From assembly GCA_964638415.1 (NCBI GenBank), contig CAZWYP010000005.1:4121-68120 (forward strand): a stretch of 64,000 nt of DNA. Direction: 5' to 3'. The position numbers were made by a program, and so were the translations under genes. The DNA is from an uncultured Gammaproteobacteria bacterium. Its GTDB lineage: Bacteria; Patescibacteriota; Patescibacteriia; UBA1558; GWA2-36-10. Under the pieces are notes generated by a model. That model had not been told where the DNA came from. It saw only the letters and a list, made by a program, of their open reading frames with translations, and did not search any database. Below are positions 46,651-56,400 of this stretch, piece after piece. Each line of letters starts with the position of its first letter. The first letter of the stretch is position 1.

Positions 46651-48548
46651 GGATAAGTTGAATAGCTAATAGTTACCTCTTCCAATACCGGGCCTTGCAA
46701 TTGGGAAGCGCTGCTTAAATACAAACGATAACGGAAATACCTCTGATTCAAATGATAATTATAGTTTATATACTCTTGAGCTGCGGTAGTGTAATAGGTG
46801 CCACTGGAAGCATCTGGACCGACAAAATTCCAAGGACCATTGGCATTATTGCTGGTTGCTAATTGGAATTTAATCTGCGTATTCAATGGTTGTGATCCGC
46901 TCCAAGCAATCCAATTATACGCCACATCACTTGCGCCAGTATCAAAAGTGGATGATTCTAAAATACCGGCATCAGTATAGCCGCAATCAGCTACTTCCGT
47001 AGAGATAATAAAGAATTCCCTGGAATTTCCAGTAGTTGCGGCATAAATAATGGAACAATTAGCTGACATGCCTTGAATATAACCTTCTAAATCAAAGCTG
47101 GAAATTTCATTAATCGTCGCTGGATAACTACCGTCCACTACTACTAATTCTTTATTGCCAATTTCTGCTCCTAATAATACATAAGGGCCCACGACCGCCA
47201 AGGAATAAATTCTGGCGCCGGCATTATAGTCTCCTAATAATAACGGGCTAGCTGGCGCGGAAATATCCAAAATGAATAATTCTGAGCCAGAACTGTTGTT
47301 CTGGGTCGCAAAATAAGCACGGTTACCTCTAACCGCCACGTCTGTTCCTAACAAAGATCCCGGCAGATTATATTCACCAATCTGATTCAAATTAGCTGGG
47401 TTTGTAACCTGAAAAATCTGCAATTCTTTAGTACTGTTTTCCGTAGCAACATACAGATTATCCTCTGATAAATAAATCTCCCGAGCGGTATTATCTGTGC
47501 CAATGCTATCTAAATACTGTACATTCTCCGGATCAGTGATGCTAAAAGAGTAAATATAGCTGCCGCGAGCTAAATAAACTTCAGTTTCACTGACTGCTAC
47601 ATCATAAGCGTTAGTAGTGCCAGATAAGTTATAAGTTTCAACAATACTTGGTCCATAAGGATTACTAATATCTACCACTGTTAGTTCGGCATTATCATGG
47701 TAAGTGGATAAATAAGCATAATCATCTTTAACTACTACCGCCGTAACCGTAGCTCCGATATTCAAAGAAGAAAGCTGCTGGGGGCTATATTTATTACTGA
47801 CGTCTAGAATAAAAAATTCCGCTCCGGAAGAATTATTCTGTGTGACTAAATAAGCTTTATTGTTTATAGCAAAGACATCGTTCTGGTCATAAGTGCCGGG
47901 AGTGTCAAAGTAAGCAGTGGTGGTTGCTTGGTTCCAATTCAAAAATCCTGATTGCAAAGTAGCAATACCGGCAGTAGAAATATCAATACCGGAATCACTG
48001 CTGAAATATCTGGTCTCATCTACAAAAGCCGCTTGGCCGTCACCTCCCGACCAATCATTCTGGCTCTGCCGGCTGGCCTGCCATTGATAAAGATAAGTTT
48101 CCAATGTTTGAGTCTGGTTATTGCCTAAAATACTGGGCCAGCTGACGGAAATAGTAATTTGCTTGGTGTCCGGATCCCAAAATCCTGTTTCAGATATTTC
48201 CCCATGCACTTGACCATTGGTAGAGTTTTCCCTATAAACATCGGAAATAGTGACAGTTCTGGTGTACTTATTCTCCAGCAATTCACTGCCGGCAGACAAT
48301 TCCCACTGCTCACCATTTAAAACTAAATGGTAATCTGCCGGAATTAATTCATCCCATGATAAGAGTTTGACTGCTTCCATGGCATTAGCCGCATAAACTA
48401 AGGCCATCCCCTTTTCTTCATTGTAACGCCGCAGCTTATTATTCACCGAAGTTAAATTAAAAATCAGCACCACTATTACGGAAATAAAAGTGATCGCTAC
48501 CATCAATTCAACCAAAGAAAAGCCTTTTTGATTTTTAATAAATAACAT
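46647..48548 (-). CDS. giant pilin-like protein: prepilin N-terminus fused to an LVIVD-repeat beta-propeller
   Basis: Class III signal MLFIKNQKG|FSLVELMVAI. At least five degenerate LVIVD-type repeats (e.g. AYLVTQNNSSGAEFFILDVSNKYSPQQL, AYFATQNNSSGSELFILDISAPASPLLL, LLGAEIGNKELVVVDGSYPATINEI). Confidence 0.55.
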   Translation of the reverse strand: MLFIKNQKGFSLVELMVAITFISVIVVLIFNLTSVNNKLRRYNEEKGMALVYAANAMEAVKLLSWDELIPADYHLVLNGEQWELSAGSELLENKYTRTVTISDVYRENSTNGQVHGEISETGFWDPDTKQITISVSWPSILGNNQTQTLETYLYQWQASRQSQNDWSGGDGQAAFVDETRYFSSDSGIDISTAGIATLQSGFLNWNQATTTAYFDTPGTYDQNDVFAINNKAYLVTQNNSSGAEFFILDVSNKYSPQQLSSLNIGATVTAVVVKDDYAYLSTYHDNAELTVVDISNPYGPSIVETYNLSGTTNAYDVAVSETEVYLARGSYIYSFSITDPENVQYLDSIGTDNTAREIYLSEDNLYVATENSTKELQIFQVTNPANLNQIGEYNLPGSLLGTDVAVRGNRAYFATQNNSSGSELFILDISAPASPLLLGDYNAGARIYSLAVVGPYVLLGAEIGNKELVVVDGSYPATINEISSFDLEGYIQGMSANCSIIYAATTGNSREFFIISTEVADCGYTDAGILESSTFDTGASDVAYNWIAWSGSQPLNTQIKFQLATSNNANGPWNFVGPDASSGTYYTTAAQEYINYNYHLNQRYFRYRLYLSSASQLQGPVLEEVTISYSTYP

Positions 48549-48550
48549 GC

Positions 48551-49024
48551 TTAATCTATTCTTCCTGAAGATAATATTTGTAAAGACTGGTTAACTTCTG
48601 AATTCTGGTCATAAATCATCTGCACTGTGCCGGTATTGTAGGTCTGGCCGGTGAATTTAATAAACACTACATCACTGCCCAAACCGCCAACGCCGTCGGA
48701 TACAGTGGTGCTGGCATTTAAAATCTCAATACCAGATAACTCTTTAATAATATTTAGGGGATCTTCTTCGTTATAGAAACTTCCAGAAAACAAAACATAA
48801 CGCTTGTCTTCCAAGTGCACTCCCCAGTTATTATTATTAGCCGCTGCGGTAGCCAATTGCTGTGCTCTTAACAAAGTGCTTTTTAACTCTTCTTTACCGT
48901 TAATTAACAATACATGGTGCCGCCAATTAATATATCCAGTAACGCCAATGGAAAAAACAATGGCCACAATTGCCAATACCATAGTTATTTCCACTAAAGT
49001 TACTCCTCCTTGGGATTTAATCAT
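48551..49024 (-). CDS. GspH/FimT-like minor pseudopilin
   Basis: MIKSQGG|VTLVEITMVLAIVAIV prepilin-type N-terminus (Val at +1, Glu at +5); 157 aa. Confidence 0.5.
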   Translation of the reverse strand: MIKSQGGVTLVEITMVLAIVAIVFSIGVTGYINWRHHVLLINGKEELKSTLLRAQQLATAAANNNNWGVHLEDKRYVLFSGSFYNEEDPLNIIKELSGIEILNASTTVSDGVGGLGSDVVFIKFTGQTYNTGTVQMIYDQNSEVNQSLQILSSGRID

Positions 49025-50266
49025 TTAATAAACTCCATAACTATTAGTCAGCTCATACATTGGACTAATCACCGACAGGGCAATAAAAGCTACAGCTACA
49101 CCAACTAGAATCAATAAGACCGGCTCCAAAATGGTAGATAGATTATTCAATACATTATTGACCCGCTCTTCATAAAATTCAGCTAGCTTGGTGAGAATAT
49201 TCTCCAATTCTCCGGTACTTTCCCCTACTTGTACTAATTGCACTGCCAGCGAAGGAAAAAGATCTGACCTTTCCCGCATAGCTTTTTCCAAGGATACTCC
49301 TTTTTGCAATTCTTCAGACATCGCTAAAGTCTGTTTGCGAAATTTTAAATTGCTTAAGGTTTTAGCCACAATATCCAGAGCCTGGACAATAGATAGTCCT
49401 GAAGCTAATAAAGCATGTAAATTACCGGAAAATCTGGTTAAAGATAGTTCTTTGACAATCTTACCGACAAAAGGCAATTTAAGCCAAAGCCAGCTTAAAA
49501 AATACTTGGGCTTAGGAAATTTAAAAATTATCCTCAAGGCGATGATTAAGATGATTAATGATCCTAAAGTATACCAACCATAAGTGGTCAGTAATGCATT
49601 CAACTGGTTAACAACCACTAAAATAATCGGCAATTTTACGCCAGCATCATTAAATAATCCTATTAACTGAGGGAATACCGACAAGGCTAAAAACAAGCTC
49701 ACACCAACTAAAGCAATTAAGACAATTACCGGGTACATCAAAGCACCAAAAACTTTGCTTTTTAATTTGCGTTGGGCTTTTAAAATAGCTGCTAAATTTC
49801 CGGCCGCTTCCGACAATTTACCGCTCTTTTCCCCTACTTCAATAGTAGCGATAATCATCTGGTTAAAAACTTTGGGATATTGCTCCATGCCCCTAGATAA
49901 TAATTGGCCATTCTCTACATATCTTTCCAAAAAATCAATAACATTAGAAAAATATTTATTCTTAATTTCTTTTTTCATGGTACTCAAAGCTGGAGTTAAA
50001 GATAACCCAGCTTTCAGCATGGTAGATAAATTGTCCAGAAATAAAATCTTTTCAGTGGCTTTAACACCACCCAAGGCTAACTTAGCTTTCAGTTTATTAA
50101 CCTTAGTCTTCTCCGGCAAAATCGGCTGAGCATCTTTTATTGGCTGCTGTCTGTTGGGACGATACAACTTAAAAGATGTCATTTGCTTTCTATTGGAAGA
50201 TAAAGTTATTGTCGGCTTAGCACTTGGGTCATCATAACTTTCATTCCTGCCTCCTAAATACTCCAT
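49025..50266 (-). CDS. pilC: type IV pilus assembly platform protein PilC (GspF family)
   Basis: Two GspF-type cytoplasmic repeats and three TM segments; conserved ...GESTGEL... motif. Confidence 0.85.
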   Translation of the reverse strand: MEYLGGRNESYDDPSAKPTITLSSNRKQMTSFKLYRPNRQQPIKDAQPILPEKTKVNKLKAKLALGGVKATEKILFLDNLSTMLKAGLSLTPALSTMKKEIKNKYFSNVIDFLERYVENGQLLSRGMEQYPKVFNQMIIATIEVGEKSGKLSEAAGNLAAILKAQRKLKSKVFGALMYPVIVLIALVGVSLFLALSVFPQLIGLFNDAGVKLPIILVVVNQLNALLTTYGWYTLGSLIILIIALRIIFKFPKPKYFLSWLWLKLPFVGKIVKELSLTRFSGNLHALLASGLSIVQALDIVAKTLSNLKFRKQTLAMSEELQKGVSLEKAMRERSDLFPSLAVQLVQVGESTGELENILTKLAEFYEERVNNVLNNLSTILEPVLLILVGVAVAFIALSVISPMYELTNSYGVY

Positions 50267-50267
50267 T

Positions 50268-51998
50268 TTATTCCCGCTTAATTCTCAGAACTTCTTCAAT
50301 CGTCGTTACTCCTAATAAAGCTTTCTGCATGCCATCTTCAAAAATGGTCACCATGCCCTGCTCTACCGCTGCTTTTTCTATCTCATTGGAAGAAGCATTT
50401 TTAATGATGCAATTCTGCACTGGCTCAGTATTTTCCATGATTTCAAAAACCGAAGTACGGCCGGCGTAACCGGAATTATGACAGCGTTCACAGCCCTTTC
50501 CCCGATAAAAAGTCAGTTCAGAGAATGAATTTACTTCTTGCTTGACTACTCCTAATTGCTTAAACCTATTAAGCATGTCATTGAGATTAAACTCCTTGCT
50601 TAAGCTCACTAATTGCTGCTCATTTAGATGGAAGCTTTCAATGCAGTCTAAGCAAATTTTCCTGACCAAACGCTGGGCAATTACCACATTCAAAGTACTA
50701 GCTACCAAAAACGGCTCAACTTCCATGTCCAATAATCGCGGGGGTGCGCCGGTAGCATTGTTGGTATGCAAAGTAGATAAAACCAAATGTCCAGTCAAAC
50801 CGGCCCGGACGGCAATCTGAGCAGTCTCTTTATCTCTAATTTCTCCAATCATAATAATATCCGGATCCTGGCGCAATAAAGATCTTAAACCAGTAGCAAA
50901 GTCGTAACCGGCTTTGACATTAACCTGAGTCTGGTTAATCCGACTAATACCGTATTCAATGGGATCCTCAATAGTAGAAATATTAACATCCTCAGTATTT
51001 AAAACATTTAAAATGGCGTACAAAGTGGTAGTCTTGCCAGAACCGGTCGGACCAGTGACTAAAATCATGCCAAAAGGCTTATCCAACTGACGCTTCATCA
51101 TCTCCATATTGCTGTCGGTAAAACCCAGATCTTCCAAAGTTAAATCATGCGATTCATCGGTCATTAAACGCATTACCACTTTCTCACCGTAAAAAGCCGG
51201 AATAACGGAAACACGAACCGATTCTTCTTCCCCCTCTATTTTAAAAGAAAATCTACCGTCTTGCGGTACGCGGTGCTCATCAATGCGTAGATTGGATAAA
51301 ATCTTAATTCTTGCCACTAAAGCATCATGAATCTCCAAGGGTAATTCCACCTTGTCATGCAAATCGCCGTCAATGCGGAATCTAACCACCACAGCATCCG
51401 GCAAAGCCTCCATGTGGATATCTGAAGCTAATTCAAAAACCGCTGCTTCTAGAATAGCATCCACAATCTTAATCACCGGCAATTCAATATCTACTGACTC
51501 CCCTTTTTCTTTGAGGATTTTATCGTTAATAATATTACTAAGCTCTTCCTTAATATCTTTTTCATAAAGATGGGCGCCGTAAATAAAATTCTTGTAGCTA
51601 GTGAGGAATATTTTTATTTTCTTACTAGTGGTTTTTTTAACCAAATCAACTTTAGTCACGCTTTTAGGACTAACAAAAGCTACAGACAAGGTGTTGCCAT
51701 CCAGCTCAAAAGGTATAGCCTGGGCTTCTCTGACTATTTTTTCCGGCAATTCATTCAATACTTCCGGCTTTAATTTACGCTTGCGTAAATTAACATAAGC
51801 AAATCCTAACTTATCCCCGATTAACTCATACAAGTATCGGTTATTAAAAAAACCCCGCTCAATCAAAATCTCTTCCACCCCCCGGCGGCGGCGATGAGCA
51901 TTCTCCGCTGCCTCTACCCAGTCTTTTTCCTTAATAACCTGAGTACTTAACAACAGCTGTTTTAACTCGTCTTGAGATATTGGTAATTTAGAAGGCAT
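50268..51998 (-). CDS. pilB: type IV pilus assembly ATPase PilB (GspE family)
   Basis: GSPII_E N-domain; Walker A GPTGSGKTTT, Asp box, His box, Walker B, and a C-terminal tetracysteine CLDC...CERC. Confidence 0.9.
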   Translation of the reverse strand: MPSKLPISQDELKQLLLSTQVIKEKDWVEAAENAHRRRRGVEEILIERGFFNNRYLYELIGDKLGFAYVNLRKRKLKPEVLNELPEKIVREAQAIPFELDGNTLSVAFVSPKSVTKVDLVKKTTSKKIKIFLTSYKNFIYGAHLYEKDIKEELSNIINDKILKEKGESVDIELPVIKIVDAILEAAVFELASDIHMEALPDAVVVRFRIDGDLHDKVELPLEIHDALVARIKILSNLRIDEHRVPQDGRFSFKIEGEEESVRVSVIPAFYGEKVVMRLMTDESHDLTLEDLGFTDSNMEMMKRQLDKPFGMILVTGPTGSGKTTTLYAILNVLNTEDVNISTIEDPIEYGISRINQTQVNVKAGYDFATGLRSLLRQDPDIIMIGEIRDKETAQIAVRAGLTGHLVLSTLHTNNATGAPPRLLDMEVEPFLVASTLNVVIAQRLVRKICLDCIESFHLNEQQLVSLSKEFNLNDMLNRFKQLGVVKQEVNSFSELTFYRGKGCERCHNSGYAGRTSVFEIMENTEPVQNCIIKNASSNEIEKAAVEQGMVTIFEDGMQKALLGVTTIEEVLRIKRE

Positions 51999-52069
51999 AA
52001 ATAAAAATAAAGTGGTAATTTACCACCTTATTATACCATAAATTAACAATTAAACAAAATAAAAAATGT

Positions 52070-52537
52070 TTAGTTTAACTGCCAAATAGAAAAATTTAAA
52101 AAAGCCGCAAAGCTTACCCACAATAAGTAGGGAAGCAGAAGATAAGAAGCTAATTTGCTAACTTTAGCAAAATAAATAATAGTCAGTAAAATAAATATCC
52201 AGAGCAGTATTATCTCTGCAAAAGCTAAAGCTGGATTCTGTTGGCCAAAAAACAAAAATGACCAAAGAATATTTAAAATCATCTGAGTAAAAAATAAAAC
52301 AATGGCTTCTTGTTGCTCTTTCTTTCTTCCCCTCTGCTCCCAAACCAAATACAAAGCAATGCCCATTAAAGTAAATAACAAAGTCCAAACCGGTCCGAAT
52401 ATCCAATTAGGCGGATTAAAGCTCGGTTTAACAACTTCTGCATACCAAGTGTTTACGCTTTGACTGGTAGCCAAAGAGCCGATTGCCCCTAGGCCATTAC
52501 AAATGATTATAAAAACTATTGCCTTTAAAATTCTCAT
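52070..52537 (-). CDS. tspO: TspO/MBR tryptophan-rich sensory protein
   Basis: Five TM helices with the conserved W/P-rich pattern (KPSFNPPNWIFGPVWTLLF). Confidence 0.75.
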   Translation of the reverse strand: MRILKAIVFIIICNGLGAIGSLATSQSVNTWYAEVVKPSFNPPNWIFGPVWTLLFTLMGIALYLVWEQRGRKKEQQEAIVLFFTQMILNILWSFLFFGQQNPALAFAEIILLWIFILLTIIYFAKVSKLASYLLLPYLLWVSFAAFLNFSIWQLN

Positions 52538-52543
52538 TTTATT

Positions 52544-53458
52544 TTAATTAGCTGTAAAATAAGCGCTTAAATAACTAGTAGTCTGATTTAAATCCGCTTT
52601 AAGTATTTTAGCAGAATTACTATGCTCAATAATCTGCAAATCCTGAGCTTGGCTTAACTCCATAATCTTTAGTAAAGCATTGAGCGAATCCGGAGAATCC
52701 AGATAGTCGCTGTTTAAATTACTAAGCAGTTGGTAGTCCTTGTTTTTAATCGCCGACAAGGTAATTTGATCATTCCTCTCCGCTTGCGACAAAGGCAGAT
52801 AATGGGATAGATCCAATGAATTAATCACTACCGTTCTCTCGTCAAGCCAAGGCAAAATTGCTGCCGCTAAAGAAAAAGATTTATCATTGGTCTGATGGGA
52901 AGTGAAAATAATCGGCGCTACTTTAGCTTGAGGAAAGTACTGCTTAATAAAAGGCAATAACACTGCTACTGAATGTTCTGGCTTAAAGTTGTCCAGATCA
53001 TAAGCAATAAAATCATCTTTAACCAACTGATCTAAAATTTCCTGATCCTGCTTAACTTCTCCTAAAAAAGTCTGCCAATTAACCGCAGCGGAAATAGCTG
53101 GTGCTTTTGCTAAATCCCGATGATTAGGGGCTAAAATAACAAAAGTATCTACTATCTGATTTTTAGATAAGGAAAGGAAAAAATCTGCCAGCAAATCACT
53201 GGCCAAATCATGGTGCGGCAAAATTGCCCCCATTACCCGTTGGCCATTATGGATATATTTTTCTCCCGCTTGAGCAAGAGACTGGTCAAATAAATAATTA
53301 TTGGTCTCAACTGTAATTACTGGGTAGCTTTCCTGACTAATACTGGTAAACGACTGGGTTTCCACTGACTTAAACATGGTGTAAATTAAAACCAGTCCAA
53401 CCGCTAAAATAATAGCGGCATTGAGTTTAAAAATGTGTCGGCTAAACCAATTCTTCAT
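52544..53458 (-). CDS. MEMO1-family (AmmeMemoRadiSam system protein B-like) protein with an N-terminal membrane anchor
   Basis: GAILPHHDLASDLLA, VILAPNHRDL, NSLDLSHY and IEHSNS match the MEMO1 pattern (IiPHAGy.ySG / iLgPsH / sSDLSHy / H). N-terminal TM helix. Its start overlaps the stop of the A2M-like gene by 1 nt. Confidence 0.5.
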   Translation of the reverse strand: MKNWFSRHIFKLNAAIILAVGLVLIYTMFKSVETQSFTSISQESYPVITVETNNYLFDQSLAQAGEKYIHNGQRVMGAILPHHDLASDLLADFFLSLSKNQIVDTFVILAPNHRDLAKAPAISAAVNWQTFLGEVKQDQEILDQLVKDDFIAYDLDNFKPEHSVAVLLPFIKQYFPQAKVAPIIFTSHQTNDKSFSLAAAILPWLDERTVVINSLDLSHYLPLSQAERNDQITLSAIKNKDYQLLSNLNSDYLDSPDSLNALLKIMELSQAQDLQIIEHSNSAKILKADLNQTTSYLSAYFTAN

Positions 53459-56400
53459 TATGGTTGAATGGTTACTTGCTGGCTATCGGCAAAATTCATA
53501 ATCTCCGGGACATTAAATGATTGGATGATAATCGGCTCAGCTTGGTAAGTCCCTGGATTGGTAATGCGGGCATAATAACTAAAGTAATCCTTTGCGCAGC
53601 GGGACTGTTTCCAATCTTTGCTGATACTGAACTTAACTTGCTGCCCCTCAATCTCATAAGGATAGTAATATCCGCAATCTACATAAGCCCCGCGATAATA
53701 CGGACGAGTAGTAACTTTCAAGCCGCTGGGCAGCAAGTCAATAATCTGGTATCTGCCCTGCAAAGCGCTGCTGGAAATAAAAGGATAAACCCTAACTTCT
53801 ACCAAATCACTTTCTTTAAAGCTACTAGTCTCTACGTCATTGACATAATATTTTCTGGCAATAGCGATATTGCGATCAACTGTCGCATCGCTAGCAGCTA
53901 ATGGTTTTTCGTAAGTACTTACCAAGCCAACTTCTCCCTCAATATTGCTGAATTTAATACTAGCTAATTCCTGAGGACTTACTTTAATTCTCCAGCTCCG
54001 GCCTTTATCTAAAGTCTGCTGATGCTCCTGCTCACCTACTTTAACCGTAAATTTAACTTCTCCTTCTCCTAAATTGGGCAGAGTATTAGCCACATAATGC
54101 AATTTTTCCAGATTAATCAATACCTCTTTAGTGCGGTTTTCTACAGTATACTGCCATAATGGCTCATGCAGTTTGTCATTCAAGCCACCGGCTAGAATTG
54201 CCGCTAAAGCAGTGACAGATAAAATATCGTCCATATCGCCGCCAGTATTTATTCGGGCATATTGCTCGCCATAATTTTCCCCATGTTTTTCTATTAACTC
54301 TAAATAAATACTCTTAGCCAGCTGATTATCCCCTAAACTCTGGGCACCTAAGGCAATATATAATTTCTCTTTAATGGTTAAATCCGGCAAAGCGGCAAAT
54401 TGCTGAAGAACCAAGAGAATCGGCTCATCTAAAGCTGCTAAGCCGGCCAGAGACATCACTACCTCTTCCTGGTTGGAATCCTCATTGTTCAACTTGCCGT
54501 AAAAATAATTAGCTAAACTAGTTTGATCAAATTTATCAGCGGCCACCATTGCTGTTCTGACGCTTAATTCCATTTCCGGATCGCTGTAAGGCAATAACGT
54601 GATGCCGCCGTTGTATTGGTATAATGATCCTTCAAATTCCGGCACATAAGTTTGGTCAGAAAAATAATCTTTAATCAACTGACTGCCAATAACTCTAGAG
54701 AACTTCTGATCAACCCGATCACCATAAGCCCAGGCTAAATGGGTTAAATAGCGATATAGGCGGCCGCGATTGCGATCAGAAAAAGTCAAAGTAGTAGCTG
54801 AATCCGAACTGCCTTTCACCTGCAACTCTGGAGATAAAATATAGTTTTCCTCCACTAATTTGCGCAAATGGGAATTAGTAACTAGAATCGGCAAATTAAC
54901 CGCATCCTGATATTCTCCAAATTCCACCCCATAGGTAAGATCATATTCTCCTAAAGACAATTGCGGTATATTAATATAACTTGGCTCGAAGGCCTTGCCG
55001 TCAACCGTAGTTTTATCCAAGCCTAAAGTGGCAGCGTCCAGACTAAATCTGACCTGATCGCCATTACGCAAGGCATCACCATAAGCCCGCAATTTAACCG
55101 TCGGCTGGTCAGCTGCCAGATACTCTTTAGCAAAGGTCCCTTCAACAAAAACCGGCAAGCTAACCATAATCTTACTGACTCCATCACCAGCATATAGATC
55201 TTTGGTAATTGCCTGGGCGGTTATCCTCCAGGAAGTAATATTATCCGGCACGGTAAAATTAACTGTCGCTTGTCCATTGCCGTCGGTAATCACTGAGGCA
55301 AATAAGGCATTGTCGGTAAAGTTGTCTCTAACTCCGCCACTTTTTTGGTTATGGACGTAAATACCGTCCGCTAAATAAGTATGATAATGCTTGGTCTGTA
55401 AATTATATACCTCCGCCACCTCTTCTGACTGCTCGATGCTGAAAATCTTAACTGGCTGACCATGATCATTCATCAGCCAATCGCCTACCGCTGCTTGGCC
55501 GATTGGCTGCCACTTATTATTCAATAATACTATATGCTCTGGCGTCACCTTCAATTGGTTGTTGATTATCAGATAACCGGAAACAACATGATAAAAGGTT
55601 TTTTCTACTTCTGTCGCCACTAATTTTCTTTCAAAGGGTGAAACAAAAGTCATTATCTGTTCACCAACAGCGATATCTTCAATATTCTTGGTAGAGCCAT
55701 CTGCCATAGTCACTTTAGTGCCAGCCAAGAAACAGCCACCTCCTTCCGCGCCCAAGCCAAAGTCTGCTAATGCTTCCAAACTTTCTGCCTTATTAGTGCG
55801 ATAAGAAGTAATTTCTCCTGAAGAGATATAGCCATTGTATAAGGTTTCCAAAGGATTAACATCGCCACCGTAACTGATATCATAATAGGCTTCATCTACT
55901 AAATTAACGTTAACACCAGCCGCTACCGGATTATTATTAAGATCGCTGACTTTAACCTGTAAGGTAACTTCTTCACCGGGCTTAAATTCTTCCTTATTAG
56001 CTTCTACTTCCACTTTTAACTCACGGTCGGAATATTTAAATTTAACAGCCGTACCGCCACTACCACCCCACCACCAATAATTTCCCTGGCTGCCGTCATG
56101 ATAAGACCGGCCATCAAACCAAACGCCTTTAACATAAACCACGGGTACATACTGAGCAGTAAAATCAAAACTGAATTCCGGCGCATTACTTAAACTATAA
56201 TCCAACAATCCTTGCTTGAGCTTGAAATACAAGTAATTTTTCTGATCGGATGTGGGTAATAATTCATCATTCTTCAAGAATTCGAATTCTACTGCTTCGC
56301 CTATAGAAAATTGCGAATTATCCCGTTTATCCTGGCTTTTCAACCTCAGCTGATAATAATCATAGCTGCCGCGGGAATCATAGCTACTGTTATAATAATA

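Noticed and set aside
55348-55734. Canonical splicing mini-intein interpretation of the Hint domain
   Set aside because: The +1 residue after the terminal His-Asn is Gln, not Cys/Ser/Thr, so standard splicing chemistry is not possible. The domain is classified as BIL/Hint-type autoprocessing instead.
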